Origin: Amoeboaphelidium protococcarum X5
Taxonomy: Eukaryota; Fungi; Aphelidiomycota
Assembly: GCA_023515725.1 (NCBI GenBank)
Contig: JALDTO010000137.1
Location: 62,001-126,000 of the forward strand
Length of the DNA stretch: 64,000 nucleotides
Direction: 5' to 3'
Shown: piece by piece, positions 14,182 through 27,694 of the stretch
Numbering within the stretch: position 1 is the first letter of the stretch
Layout: every line of letters starts with the position of its first letter
Notes under the pieces: generated by a model
The model's input: only the letters and a program-made list of their open reading frames with translations
What the model was told of the DNA's origin: nothing
Databases searched by the model: none
Translations under genes and position numbers: made by a program

Positions 14182-16166
14182 ATGACGTTCGGGGAACATT
14201 TAAAGGTATCTACTTATATTTGTATGGTTAACAATAACTAAATGTTATAGTATCAGTGTAGGATCAATTGCCAGTGATTGACAAGTATACCCAGAACGGG
14301 TTGACACTTGCTCAGGAAATAAGAGACTTTATCAAGGAGCGATCTCAACTGGAGAAGGACTATGCCCACAAACTTGATAGCTTAAGTAAGAGATACAGTA
14401 GCAAAAAGGAGAAATTGGGCATGTAGTTGATGGATGTCAGCAGTGCCGGTGGAAATGCAAACAATGTCTCGTTCGCTGGCTCCGACAAATACGGCACTCT
14501 GTTTAAAGCGTGGGATGCGATGCTATTACAGACTGAGGAATTGGCCAAAGTGAAGATTTAGTTCTCTGACAATATGATCACGCAAGTCACTGACTAATTT
14601 AAGACTTTGATACACAAGAAGGAAGAGTCTAAAAAGAAGCACATGACTTTTGCTGGTAGACTCAATGAAGAGAAGGCAAAGGCGATCAACGACAAGGACA
14701 AGTCCAAGGAGAAGTATGATCATATGTGCGACGTTGTGGATCAGGCCAAAACTCGTCATGAAAAGGCTCCAGATGAGAAGACGGCGGAGAAGTTGAAGAA
14801 GTAGTGGCAGGCAGACGTGATGGAGATGAATAACTCGAAGAATAATTATATATTGGCGGTCAAGGTGGCGAATGCGTTGAAAAAGAAGTATTACTTTCAA
14901 GATATGCCACAGCTGATGGATTAGATGCAACAAATGAATGAGGCTAGAGTTACATAGACCAAGCAGTTACTGGATGAGTATCTCAGATTAGAGATTGCCT
15001 CGTTAGATCAAGCGCGTAATGTCATTGATGTTATACATGGAGCTGTCGAGAGTGTGAGTGCTGAGCAGGATTCTAATATCTTCATTGGCTATCACAGACC
15101 GGCTGTGGAATGGACTGAGCCGTATGATTACAAGTTTGAGCCGACTCTGTTGTGGAAAGAGTCTGAAGATATTGAAGTCAATGATGCCGCTAAAATCTAT
15201 TTGATCAATAAATTGGGTAAAGTTCGAGCCAAGTTGGAAGAGACTGTATCGGAGCTTGACGTGAAAACTAAAGAGGTTGAGGGTCTGAAGAATCTATAGG
15301 ATGCGTACGTAAAGAATCCCACTACTGGTGACCCAGATGAAGTGTTGGAAAATATAATTGAAAGTAATAGAGGAGTTGTTGCATTAGAGTCATCGCGTAT
15401 GAAGTATTAAGTGTGCTTGGATGTTATCAATGGCGCCATTGGGGAGTAAGATCATGGTAAGAGACATTGCCTGGTAAAGAGTACTTTCGCCATTCCGACT
15501 TCTTGTGATTATTGTCAGGATAAGATTTGGGGTCTTACTTAGCAGGGCTTGACTTGCAAGGAGTGTGGATACAATTGTCATGCTAAATGTGAAATGAAAG
15601 TTCCTCCTTACTGTGGAATACCAAAGTCTCAGTAGCCATAGCCCAGCCATTCCTCTAGCAAAAAGACTACAACTTCCACGTCTCTTGGCGCAAGTCCAGT
15701 TTCTAATGGCGGTCAATCACAGCCTGCTGCTATTCCCAATGTGCCTACCGCCCCAGCGCCTGGTAATATCGGCAAGGCTCTAAATACTGTGCAATAACAA
15801 GTTCAAGCTCTTGTGCTTTACGATTACACAGCTGGAAATTCTGATGAAATTAGTATAACCGCAGGAGAGAGTATCAATGTTGTAGATGAAGAGGATGATG
15901 CTGGTTGGATTAAGGTGAGTAAGAATGGCAAGGTTGGACTAGCTCCGAAGAGTTATCTAGAGATTAAGACGGCGACCATCGCTCCTAGTAGTACTAAACA
16001 AATGTTTAAAGCTATTTATGATTATGAGGCATAGACTGCTCAAGAGTTGTCAATTAAAGAAGGTGATTTGGTGGAGGTTACTAAGTAAGGTGATGATGGT
16101 TGGTGGTATGGATCCGTTAATGGACGTAAAGGTGAATTTCCTGGAAGTTATGTTGAACCAGCTTGA
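14182..16166 (+). CDS. BZZ1: Bzz1-like F-BAR, C1, SH3, SH3 protein; intron 14206-14261
   Basis: MTFGEHLK/DQ start. FIKERSQLEKDYAHKL (F-BAR). HCLVKSTFAIPTSCDYC...CKECGYNCHAKC (C1). Two SH3 domains LYDY...GW and IYDYEA...GWW...FPGSYVE. Confidence 0.92.
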
Positions 16167-17224
16167 ATGTTATAAATCGCTATGATTTGATAGTTATCGT
16201 TTTAATTTTGATGAGATGTAATATTTATCATTATGCTAATACTTTCGCTGGCCATACCAAATGCTATGAAGCTACATATTTGGCCAGTTCATATGAGACG
16301 TTGCAACAGCTTTACCAAATCTAACAACTGTCCTTTTACGGAACTGTTTCACATTTCTGATATTATCAAATGATGACACGACATTGGTCCGCATCTCCAT
16401 TTTAAAACCTCAGAGTATAACAGAGCCAGATAAAAAAGAAATTTTATCGAAACAACATACCTGCTCTGCAAATCCCTCAAAACTGGTAAATGAATCTTGC
16501 GTCGCCGATAGCTGAAGGAGATCCTTTTGCGTCTGTGAAGATTAGCGTCGCGATGAAAGATGAGAAGTCGCTTTTTAGCATGCGTAGTAACAAGGCTCCA
16601 GGCGTTGATGACAATCTAGTAGCCTCTATATCATTGCGTTGTCGAAAATCAAGGTGGCACATTTAAATGCTGAAAATTCTTGGATTAGGCTCCTCCTTGG
16701 TTTGCTCCAGCAGTTGCGGCTGCTCTGCATTGCGTGATGCGCGCTGAACTGAAACCAATAAAAACCACACAGGCATGCGAGTATAAGCGCATACGTCGTG
16801 ATGGATTATTAAGGCCTTTCATACCTGTGCCACTTGTAGATGAATCCATGCCACACAAAAGCGATCTAACTCTAATCCTGAATTTACATTCAGTGTCCCA
16901 AATGCATCAGAAAACAGTCGGGGAGGTATATAAAATGGTATGGGATCATTGATGATGATTAGCCAATTAATTTAATGGACAATAAAAACTTGCTACTGAC
17001 TCAAATAGGTGTATTTAAAGGTTATCGAATTGATGATAAAGTTAAAGAGTCAATTAAGAAGGCTGTTTTGGTGATGACAATCGTAAAGAGATAAATGCAT
17101 TTCTATGAATTTTGTCTTCCAAACGCGCGTCCGTGTGGAATTATCGCATTGAAATCTGATAGATCAATTTGGTCTTAAAACAGTTGTTAGTGGAAAAGAC
17201 TTTAATACATTCAATACACACATA

Positions 17225-18241
17225 ATGAGCGTCTTATTGGAGACTAGCGTCGGACAATTTGTAATTGATCTGTACTGCGAAGAATTCCCGGATGCTTGTA
17301 AATAGTTTTTGCGGTTATGCCGCGACAGGTTTTATGATTATGCTACGGTACAGCGAATAGAACCTGGATTTATCGTTCAATTTTAGATTGATAAAACTGG
17401 CCATTCTATTGCTTATCATAAACTAAACTTGCAACGTAAGCCACTCACTCTAAAACATAATAGACGCGGTTTGTTGTCCATTAATTGTGTATCTAACAAT
17501 GGCGAGTAAATCTTATAATTTGATCAATTCTTCATTACGTTGGGTGATGATTTGGAGTATCTCGATGATGGTAATCAGATCATTGGCCGGATAGAAGAGA
17601 ATATTGAAATCCTGGATATACTAGAGTAGTCGCTGGTTGACGGGAATTGCAAGCTGCTATTGCCAGTGGCTATAAGCCATACACATATACTGCTCAATCC
17701 TTTCGATCCTTAAGTTTAACACGTTGCATTAGATAGATACAATGTTAGTTTACCACCTCTTGACTTGCAAAATCTCGTTCGTTTAGGATAGCAATAAAAT
17801 GACGGATCAGACGCTGATGATGTGATCAAAGATTCCAGACTCATTGAAGAGGTTCATATAGGTGCTCTGTTGACGTAGTACGCAGATAAATATGTGGACG
17901 ATTTAGATGAAGAACTAGACCCCAAAGTTCTCTTTGTGGGCAATTTAAATCACGCGACAACAGAAGGTGATCTCCATTAGTTATTTCAACGATTTGGGCC
18001 TGTTCGATTTTGTAAATTAGCCACTGATAAACTTTCTTGGAGGCCCCTTGGATATGCCTTTGTAGGATTCCGAAGTGATGATGTCGCACTAAAAGCTAAG
18101 CAGTCCGCAGATGGAATCCATTTAGATGATAAAGTGCTGCGGGTGAACTTTGCTCGCGTCAAAGCATAGACTTAAATCACCCATAAATAGAGCAATCCAG
18201 CCTCAGCTTAAGATTTCGCAGGATATAATCTTCTATTGTGA
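17225..18241 (+). CDS. Divergent cyclophilin-RRM protein (PPIL4-like)
   Basis: [32 protein letters not shown] resembles the PPIL4 N-terminus. RRM VLFVGNLN...GYAFVGF...LDDKVLRVNFA. Confidence 0.8.
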
Positions 18242-18329
18242 ATGTGAATAAATAAATTTTATAATTGAATATGTCGATATCAATTGTACAAACAGGAAAT
18301 ATATTAAATCATTAATTCAAAATCAAAAT

Positions 18330-19482
18330 TCAGAAATGCGTGCGCATATAGGACGAAGCAGATCGTAGTGTCATAAACGCACTTTTACCGTTGGATCTCT
18401 CGCCAAACAGATTTGCCGATGAGACATTCAAGAGACTCACATCAGGACTACTAATAGCTGAATGAGTCTTAAGATATATAGAATTGGAGGCTTCAGACAC
18501 CAGTTCGCTGTGAGGAGGACTAATTTCTTCTGCTGACGGAGTGGTAAACGAAAAATAATCAACTTCATCTGGAACCAATCGTATTGGTGTCGGGTGCGCC
18601 AGTTTCCCACAATTTCTAGGATATGAGAGCAAATGGAAGGATCCATTAGACTTTGGAGACAGTAGACAACCATTTGGAACAACTTCCTTGCGTGTAGAAT
18701 TATCTCCTGTACCTTCAGAAGAGTCGTCCTCTCGAATGTTCTTGGTATGTCCAATCCTTTCCCCAATTGTCATCATCTCAATATCAGGAGCGTCAGGCTA
18801 CAAACAACACACACATTAAAATATATATCGTATGAAACTAGCATGAAAGTCTTACTCGATTTGCCGAATGTCTAAATAGGCCCATTTTCCAGGCAATTTC
18901 CTGCATCATATCATCACACATGTCATCGAACGATTATACAGCCGCTTCCTGGGCAATTGTTTCATAAAACAGCGATTGGTCAACATCTTCCAAATCTGCC
19001 ATGCAGATATCAGTCTGAGTTGATTAATTACATCTAGTAGGATTAGAAATAGATTTATTTTCTGTAGTCTTCTTTGATCCTGCACTCCAAGTGACGTCGC
19101 AATGTGCAGCAAATTTATTATTATTATTATTTGAGCTCTTCTTGTTTGTTTCAGCTCGGAGGAACAACGCGTCGCTGTTTCGAGCCTCGCGGCGACGATC
19201 AGATTCTGCATGAGCCTCTACAGCAGCAGACTCAGTACGGCCCTCTACAGCCATTTTATCAAGATCAACATTATCAGCGCAAAAATCTTGTGAGTGATAA
19301 CCATCAGCTGATAATGAAGGATTAGACTCTTTAAGCATAACGGAAGATGTTTGCATGGAGTAAGCTTAGCATGCTTTGTCGTCAACTGCTGAAGTTCCAC
19401 TCATGTTCTAACAGAATGTAGAGAGACCTTTTCTACCACTACCATTTACACTTGCTTTCTACTTTTTCTTGTTGTAATCCAT
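18330..19482 (-). CDS. Hypothetical low-complexity protein; intron about 18798-18855
   Basis: ATG19482 is in frame with ORF 19024-19356. A GTAAGA...TGTAG intron joins it to ORF 18330-18776, which ends in TGA. Confidence 0.55.
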
Positions 19483-20104
19483 AAGTCTCAAGAAATTAAA
19501 GGCCACAATATTGCAGTATTAAATAGTATGTATGAATCTTCAAAGTGTATAGCAGTTGTTTGAAATCTACACCATCAAACAAGAGAGATAGAGATGATTC
19601 AATCATTGAAAAACTCAAACAATAAATTACCTTAGGATGCTAGTTAGATATTTATCAACTTATAAAGTCTTGTATAGAATCAGTTGATATCAAATAGACT
19701 GCCTTGACCAAGTATTATTTAAAAGACTGATGTTACGACGGTGTATTGGAATGAAGAGTGCTCGCGTGAGATTTCAAACAATCAAGTTACCGCTCAAAGC
19801 TTTGAACACCAACCAACCTCTCTCGAGTATAATTAACAAAGTAATGGAATAAATAAAAATACTTCTTTGAGCTGCCTGATAAGATTTTTTAGCGCCGAAA
19901 AAAGAAATTAGAGGAATTATTGTGCCGCCTGTCCTCCAGAGTGTCCAGCCTACGCTCGAATGAAAAATTGTTTTAGAATTTCTGTACAGTATGCCCCGCT
20001 ACAGAACTCAATGCTAAACTTCAAAGACGTCTCGATTTTTCAAAGAATTTAGTTTTTATTTTCATATTTGAACAGTATGTCACCAAACATTTCACTTCCT
20101 CATA

Positions 20105-22714
20105 TCAACCTCTCACCTGAGAACTATTCAACACTTGCTCCAGTATTTCAAGGACCCATTTCATCTAGAGCCTTGATTGCGGTTCGTCTACCCAACATTG
20201 AACCATGATCTCACAAAGACCCCTAATTTTAGCGTCGGTTTACTTTAATAATAAAACTTCCTCCGTAAGAGCTGGTCTTTCACCTCCAATAACAGCTTTA
20301 AGAATCTACTTGGCAGTCATCGAACGAGGCCAAGGTAGGCGGCGCGTAACAAGCTCGTATGCGACCATGGCAAACGAATACACATCCGTTGCTTTAATCT
20401 ACTCGGCATAACTAGACTCGGAATCTCGCACAGAAGACTCTTATGGATTAGCAACGCGCCTAAGAACTTCAGGTGCAGCATATGCAACACTCACTCCATC
20501 AACCTTAGACATTTGGAACGCGTCAACGATAGGCACATTAGTATTAACAATCCTGGAGATGCCGAAATCAGACAATACAGCATATAGAGACTTTTCATCT
20601 TCGTCAATCAGAATATTTGCACTTTTAATGTCACAGTGAGCAAAGCCAGAATCATGCATTTCCTTTATCCCGGTGGCTATATCCTTCATCAGACTAAACT
20701 TCAGATCCGATGTCCAATTGACATACTTTGCAGATTCGGGATTGTATAGGATGGCAGACAGCGCTCCTCTGGTATATTTTTTCATTATGATCATTGGTGG
20801 ATTATCTGTGAATCCAAGCAACTTTGCGAAATTCCGACTACTTCTAAAGAACCACATCATGGAAATCTCCTACGTGAACGACGCAATCTCATCCCTTTCA
20901 CTAATATCACTATTAAGGATCTTTACAACACAACTTTCCATCCCTTCAGCTCTATTTTACAGATCTGATGACAGAATTTTCGCCGTACATATTCTAGCAG
21001 CGCCACCTTTTGCAATCTCACCCTCTATGGTGAAGTCATCATTCTCAGTATACTGGAGGAATCCAGGAATAGCAAGCTCGCGCTAGTTAACTATAACAGT
21101 ATTATTCAATGTGAAAGAATTAGAAGTCTCAGAGGTGGTAGTATTCTCAATACTGACAGGAAGTTGAGTGAAATTAACAGAAACATTAGTGAGACCAGTC
21201 GGACGCAATCTACTCTCGAAACTCCTGTACAAAGCTTCAGGCGTAATTAACGCTCCAGCACCATTTCTATTCATAGCTAAAGAGGTAACAACCCTTGAGT
21301 GTGCGGCAGCATTCATTTGAGCCTAATATTACTATGATTGCTACAACTATTAAGGAGCATTGATTACTACAGCAGGATAAGGTTGTTGGGCCTATAACAT
21401 ATCGCCCGGGTTGCCGCCAATAGTTTACTTTTGCACAAATTTTCTAATGACAGATTGCGGTGCATCGCCTTGGCCAGCATTGTCCGCTCTCGATGGATCC
21501 TCTACAAGAACATGCAAGACTGGTTATTACACTCGCATAGCAGTCTTGATACTTTGCAATTATTGCGGAGGAATGTTGGGAGTTTGCACTGCATAATTTT
21601 GATACTGGGGTATCTACTGCTATTATTGCTACTGCGGCTGGATCATATTAGCAGGAGCAATCGCAGGACGATCACTGTTCACTCTACCCCTCATGCTACC
21701 AAAATGCTAAGGCATAGGAGGCGCATTCAGAGGTATGAAATTTCCATCTTCGGCTTATATCAGATTAGGCTGTGACTTGTTACGAGGTCTCATGAGTTCT
21801 CCGGGAGCATTCTAAATATCAATCAAAGTGGGAACGTCATCAGAGGCCAGAAGGGGGAGTTGTTTCTGAGACTAAACTTGGCGCGAACTTCGCTTCACGG
21901 TACCTTCTCTCACCAACTGATTGTGCTGTATCTTCAACTTGGCAAGATAGTCCTCGTACTGACTTCTTGCGCCAGATTATTCACCTGTATCGCGCTAATT
22001 CTACGAGCTTCCTTTAGAAATGGAATTGAACTTTGATTGATCTTGGATATCAGGCCGCGGTAAATTGCTCACAGATCTCAATCTTTCCACTGTTTGAGGA
22101 GTGGCATGAGTAGGTGGCACAGTTTCCAGAGACATGCCGCCTTGAACATTTAAAGGACTACTTCCTTTCTCGCCATACTACTACGGGCTATTCTGTAATC
22201 GCATGGCAGTATCCGAAGGCAGATCTCGTCTGCTCTTACTCATCTACATAGTCAAGGGCTGCTGCTGCTACGACTGCAGAATCTTTCCATCATACTTATC
22301 ACGAGTGGCTGCAATCGGGGCACTGAAAGATCCAAAATTCTAAGCAGACTGTGGAGGATTGTAAGCCAACTAAGCGGTGACCTGTGGCGCAAGATTATTT
22401 TGACTATTAGCTCCTCCTGCCTGTAATGGCTGACCATTTCTTGCACTTTTCTAAGCGATCATTGCCGATCTCTGAGCAGATCGTCTGCGTACGGCCAAGC
22501 ACACTGTGGCGATTACTACTACTCCAATTAGGGCACATACTACAGAAATTGCTACTACAGCTGCAGACGGTCCTGCTGTTGAGTTATTACCACTATCTTA
22601 TCTCTTTTCTAATCTAATAATCTATGCTTGCATCTCCTATCGCTGAAACCCAAGGGCTGTTTCAACCAAGATCATTGTTAGAATATACATCCACTTGATC
22701 ATCTAGTGAGCCAT
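20105..22714 (-). CDS. Single-pass receptor-like protein kinase (TKL-like, non-RD), 869 aa
   Basis: Signal peptide, LEKR, TM (AAVVAISVVCALIGVVVIATVCLAV-RRR), long Q/P/S-rich linker. Kinase motifs IAKGGAA, VVK, HCDIKSAN, DFG, YAAPE, DVYSF. Frame read open end to end. Confidence 0.88.
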
Positions 22715-22994
22715 TACAATCTCGGGTAAATGTCCTTTACAATAAAAAACAAAATGTTATATCTTCTAAAATATATTTACTTTTTCCAACAATGAAGAAG
22801 CTAAGAGGGGAAACCTGGAGGAGGGACTTATTTTTAGACAATGGAATCTGCTATATTCTGTTGCCATGTTGCATTCATTACTGATCACTATTAGTGCGTC
22901 ATGTAAATCGTACTAATGACATCGGTATCACAATGGTCCATTAGAAGGAAATTTGATCCCCTAGTACTGGTAATGCTAGTAAACTTCGACCATA

Positions 22995-23372
22995 ATGGCA
23001 TTAATTCGGACACCTTAGAAATCAAGAATCCCTCTGTTTAATTTTAAAACGACGACGACGCGCCTCAAACAGCATTAGATTATTGGTATCATCGACATAG
23101 GCGGCACAATGTTGAAGCGTTCGTGCCCTGTCTCAACTAAGCTTTATACGTAATGCCCAAAGACTCTCTGTTCTGTTATAGCAATGTTGGAGCAGAGCTA
23201 ACATTATTCGCACCAGATTAACTTGAGTATGTTTAGATCGTGGATAGACTCGCGGAGGAGTGCCTATCCAAACTCCTATTAATATTAAAATGATGACGAT
23301 TATTTCTGTTATGACTGCTAAGACTTTGTAAACGAATTGTTACGGTAAATTCTAGGAGGTAGTTCTCATTGA
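22995..23372 (+). CDS. Possible small hypothetical protein or gene remnant (125 aa)
   Basis: ATG-to-TGA ORF under TAR=Gln. A competing overlapping frame is also open. Confidence 0.25.
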
Positions 23373-23770
23373 AAAAACGTGACATTTTTAATCACAACGT
23401 CGAGTAGTAAAGTGCAAGGTAACTTTAAATCAAACAGCTATAAACAGAAAGCAAACGTCAACAGAATGTTAAACAATAATATCAACGATAATTTGACACA
23501 TTTCAAGCCAGCGATAAAGCCAGATAGAGAAACTAGCTATTCAACGACAGTTTGTTAACTTCAAAGTTGAGTGAGACTTTGTTTGAGAGAAGAACAAAAC
23601 TCAGATAGTTTCGTCGCGCCGTATAGACTGACTGATCGACTGCCGAGAAAATTTGAAATTTGACTCGCACAAGGGGCCAACTGGTTTCACACGTCTTCAG
23701 TGTGATACGACGCGTGTTTCTCTTTGCAAATCCAATTGTTTACTATACAAAGAATTTGAACGCTAACGAT

Positions 23771-24682
23771 ATGACAAGACGTAGCAAGAGGATAAAAGTG
23801 TCCAAACTTGACGTTGCTGTTAAGAAGTAGAGATCGGGCTACAACACCTCAATGAAATTGTTTGTTTGCCAAGTCTTGCCGCTGGTCATTTAGCATCAAT
23901 CTGATTGTGTGAACAACAATGGTCTGAAGCGCGGCGACAATTTGCTGATACTTTTACTGAAGTGGAAGAATGATAACTGTTGGCTGTCATCAAGAATCTT
24001 CCATAATCTGTTGTCATTGTATTCCTCTCTGGATTTCATCAATGATTTTGCTATTGTGAATAATGCCGCAAAGTTTGACAGCGTGTTCCAGCAGCAGATC
24101 AACAAGAGCGCGTTTGACATGATGACGGGGCAAATTAATGGGAAGAGTTTGCACGTACTGATGCATTCATTTGATGTTAAAAGTGCTCTTCTCTGGATAT
24201 AAAAGCTCGGTTATGATCCTATGGTCCCTATTGACTATGACGATGTCTAGAATTTATAGTCAAAGTTCTCCAAGATTCGCCAAAAGACTTTATCTCAAGC
24301 TTAAAATTCTACTCCCATTGAGGCCATGAAAGATTTTGTCGATTTGTATGATTATTTTGTGTAGAGTGTGGTTGAAAGCAATGTTCATGTGTAAGTTTAA
24401 AGTTACTTGATCGACATTGTTTACTATGATATTGTTCATAGACGATCCGCTTAGTTCTAAACTGAGACGATTAAGATGTGGCTATTGCCAATTATTCGCT
24501 ATGAATGCAAAGTACGCGGAGATTAAGTGCACTTCTTGGTTAATTCTGTATGGGAAATAGTGAAGGATGACATGGCAGCTATAAAGGATTTCAGAAATGA
24601 CGGTGATTTGCATGTAAGAGATATTGTCAGACGTGCTGTCAAATGTTGCAAGGCTTGGATAAATGAACCTGAAGGTCGTTGA
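23771..24682 (+). CDS. Orphan family member A (303 aa, basic N-terminus)
   Basis: MTRRSKRIK...LFVCQVLPLVI...NNNGLKRGDN...WLLPIIRYECKVRGD. Co-linear with member B. Confidence 0.8.
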
Positions 24683-25047
24683 ATTGTTGCATGAACTCTA
24701 TGAAGTTGAAATATTGAGATTTATTTGCATTTATAATTAGATTTGTGCGTCTTTGCTGCATGACTAGTTGTACGTGTTGAGTTACAGTAACCGGTTTAGA
24801 ATAATTCAATAGAAGGAATAAGCTTGGTTGGTGGGCAAAACTTGTCAACCTTAGACATTTTTCTCTTTTCAAAAAGTCAGCAAAGAGTATTTTTCATCTT
24901 TCTGAAACTGGAACGAAATATGTTCTCTAAATGGGAGTTAGAGTTCGTTAATAAACGCGCAAAGGGAGTTGATTGTGTGAAACCACGCGTTTCTTCTTCT
25001 CAAATGCAGCTGTTTCGACTGCAAAATATAATAGCATTTTCAGTAGA

Positions 25048-25971
25048 ATGACGAGAAGTAGTAAACGATTGAAAAATAAGTCTCTACTTGTTTCTGGTGT
25101 GAAGAAGTAAAAACTTGGTTATGAGACATCTTGGAAATTATTTGTGTGCCAAGTCTTGCCTCTCGTCATTCGTCACCAATCCGATATCGTAAACAATAAT
25201 GGTATAAAGCGCGGTGACAATGTACTAATACTATTACTGAAGTGGAAGAATGATAATTGCTGGTTGTCTTAAAAAATTGCCAGCAATCTAATCTCAATGT
25301 ATTCTTCCCTGAATTTCATTAATGACTTTGCCACTTTGAATAATGCCATACGATTTTGTCAAGTTTACCGAAAACAAGTCAGTAAAAGTGCATTTGACGT
25401 GATGACAGGCTAGTTAAATGGAAAGAGCTTGTGTGATTTGCTAATGCTGATAGATGTCAAGTCTGTTCGTGTTTGTATTCAAAAACTTGGATATGATCCT
25501 TCTGTATCAATTGATGATGAACAAGTCAAAAAATTAATTGTAAAATTTGCTGCGATCCGTCAAACTCCCCAATATTAAGGAATTGACGCCACGACTTTAA
25601 CGGAGATGGAAGCTTTTGTTTATGTTTACGATCATTTCGTGTAGAGCGCGGTTGAGAGCAACGTAAATTTGTCGGTTCAATCTATTCTACTGGACATTGT
25701 TTATAATGGCAGTTGTGCCGGGCGTTCTGAAGATTTGCAGCTTGCATTAATCAAGCTGTGGCTGTTGCCAATTATTCGTTATGAATGCAAAGTACGCGGA
25801 GATTGTGTACGCGCTCTTGTGGACTCTGTTTGGGAAATTGTGAGGGATGAATTAATGGCTGTCAAAGATTAGTTAACTCTGAAGAATAGCGTAAACAAGG
25901 TCGTCTATGATTGTATTAGACACGCTGTCACATGCAGCAAGGCTTGGACTAATTAAGTTGACGGTCATTGA
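25048..25971 (+). CDS. Orphan family member B (307 aa), tandem paralog of A
   Basis: MTRSSKRLK...LFVCQVLPLVI...NNNGIKRGDN...WLLPIIRYECKVRGD. Shares near-identical nucleotide blocks with A. Confidence 0.8.
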
Positions 25972-26377
25972 CTGGTTGTTTGAGAATTATGACTATTTGA
26001 TTAATAAAGAATACTAGTTTATATGATCAATATCACTCTTTAGTTTATTTCGTTCATTTAGCAGAAGTTGTGGCGCTATTAATGTTGAAACATTTGGACG
26101 CATTTAGTTGTTTACGCAACACATCTTTTACGCGTTTTGTTTCAAGTCCAGACTTTACGAATGGTAACGCATGAAACTCGTTGAAACTAGAGAAGATTGA
26201 TGAAGATGAAACTAACTGCAAATCACGAGTCTTTTATAAGAACACTAATTTTAAACATTACAATCATATCATTATATAATCAAATTTTACAGCTTTTTAA
26301 TTCGCTAAAATGTGTAATCTTAAGTCAGGCGTCATAGTCGAGAATCATATTTTAAAGCATAATCTAAGTAATCACCT

Positions 26378-27508
26378 TCATACCTTACGCGTGATCAACC
26401 CCTAAAGCTAATCTAATGTAGGCTTCTTGGTAATATTATGTTATAGAACGAGACTAATGGCATTTGATGCAGGAACAAGAACTTGGGCGCCATCTAATTC
26501 AACCTTCCTGAATACTCTATCAGGAGTAGGACGATCCAGTTCTTTTACTTTCAAAGTATTATTTATAATCAATTTCTTCTTCTTTTCAAATAGCATCAAT
26601 ATTTCTTTCATATCATTATCCTTGGTCTAAGAATCTTCAATAATCTCGATTGCAGCTAAAATTTAAGCACACAAATGATCACCAATGACCTGACGAGCGT
26701 TAAGACCATTCTGCAAAGCAGTCTCAACAATATCCCAAAGCATCGCGTAGTTAGATGGAATTCCACCAAGCACAGCAAATACGGTATCTTCCATACCAGC
26801 TTCTGTGATATGTTTATATAATACTTCAAACTGCTTAAGTCACAATATCATGTCCCAGGACATTGGTTTTACAACACAAACTCGCTAACGTCCTGTTCGA
26901 AGAAACGAATCGCTTAACGAGTTTGGCAATCCGTCCACAATGACTCGCAGCTTATACTCATCAGCCAAAGTGCGGACAGCACCAGTCAGGCCAGCATAAC
27001 GGTCGCCAGGTTCACGTTCGGTAGCATTGATGACGACGATTGGCGGGCTTCCGAACGTGAACAAGCGATGCCAAAATATAACGCGCTTGGCACTGCCCAT
27101 AGGACAAAAAAAATCTAACTAGATACGCGTTAATTCTAACAGCGTGTTATTAACGATATCGTCCTAGGTATGATTAGGCTAGGCTTGCAAAGTAATTACA
27201 CCGGGTAACTTACTGGTGGCAGTTCTAAGTAGGCAAGATTTTCCAACTCCCTTCTCACCAGTAACCACTAAGTACCTTTCATCATAATCCTTCCTGACCA
27301 ATCTGCTTCTGAGATATTCTATTTCTGCCTTCCTAATGGACTCGGGTACAGGCTTGAATGCAAAACGCGAACGCAGCGCTATCCAAGCAGCTCTTCCTGG
27401 TCCGACACGCGGGATCAGTCCAGCAGCAGCAAACACAACCGTTCCACCGATAGTAACAAGAGGCAATAATTCTTTAATACAAGCAGACAGATCGTAGAAA
27501 ATTGACAT
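26378..27508 (-). pseudogene. P-loop ATPase with N-terminal hydrophobic segment, interrupted by an in-frame TGA at 26840-26842 (pseudogene, null allele or readthrough)
   Basis: Walker A YLVVTGEKGVGKS, degenerate Walker B PIVVINATE. The frame continues about 150 codons past the TGA (VFAVLGGIPS...LVPASNAI) to TGA 26378-26380. Confidence 0.7.
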
Positions 27509-27694
27509 TTTATGATTGTCAGCTTTTATAGCACTGTAGTAAACGAAGGAATAGTGAATAAAACCATTAGAAAAACACCCCAAGATCATTGTTGGAATAA
27601 AATCGATCAACGAAACGAGAACTTGGTACGTTCTTGCCTTACAATACATCGCTCTACTCCCGCAGTCTTTTACCACTAAGACAGAACATTAACC

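Noticed and set aside
16200-17100. Possible gene between BZZ1 and the PPIL4-like gene
   Set aside because: Several frames are open for 60-100 codons, as expected with a single stop codon. None has a recognisable motif or a consistent exon structure.
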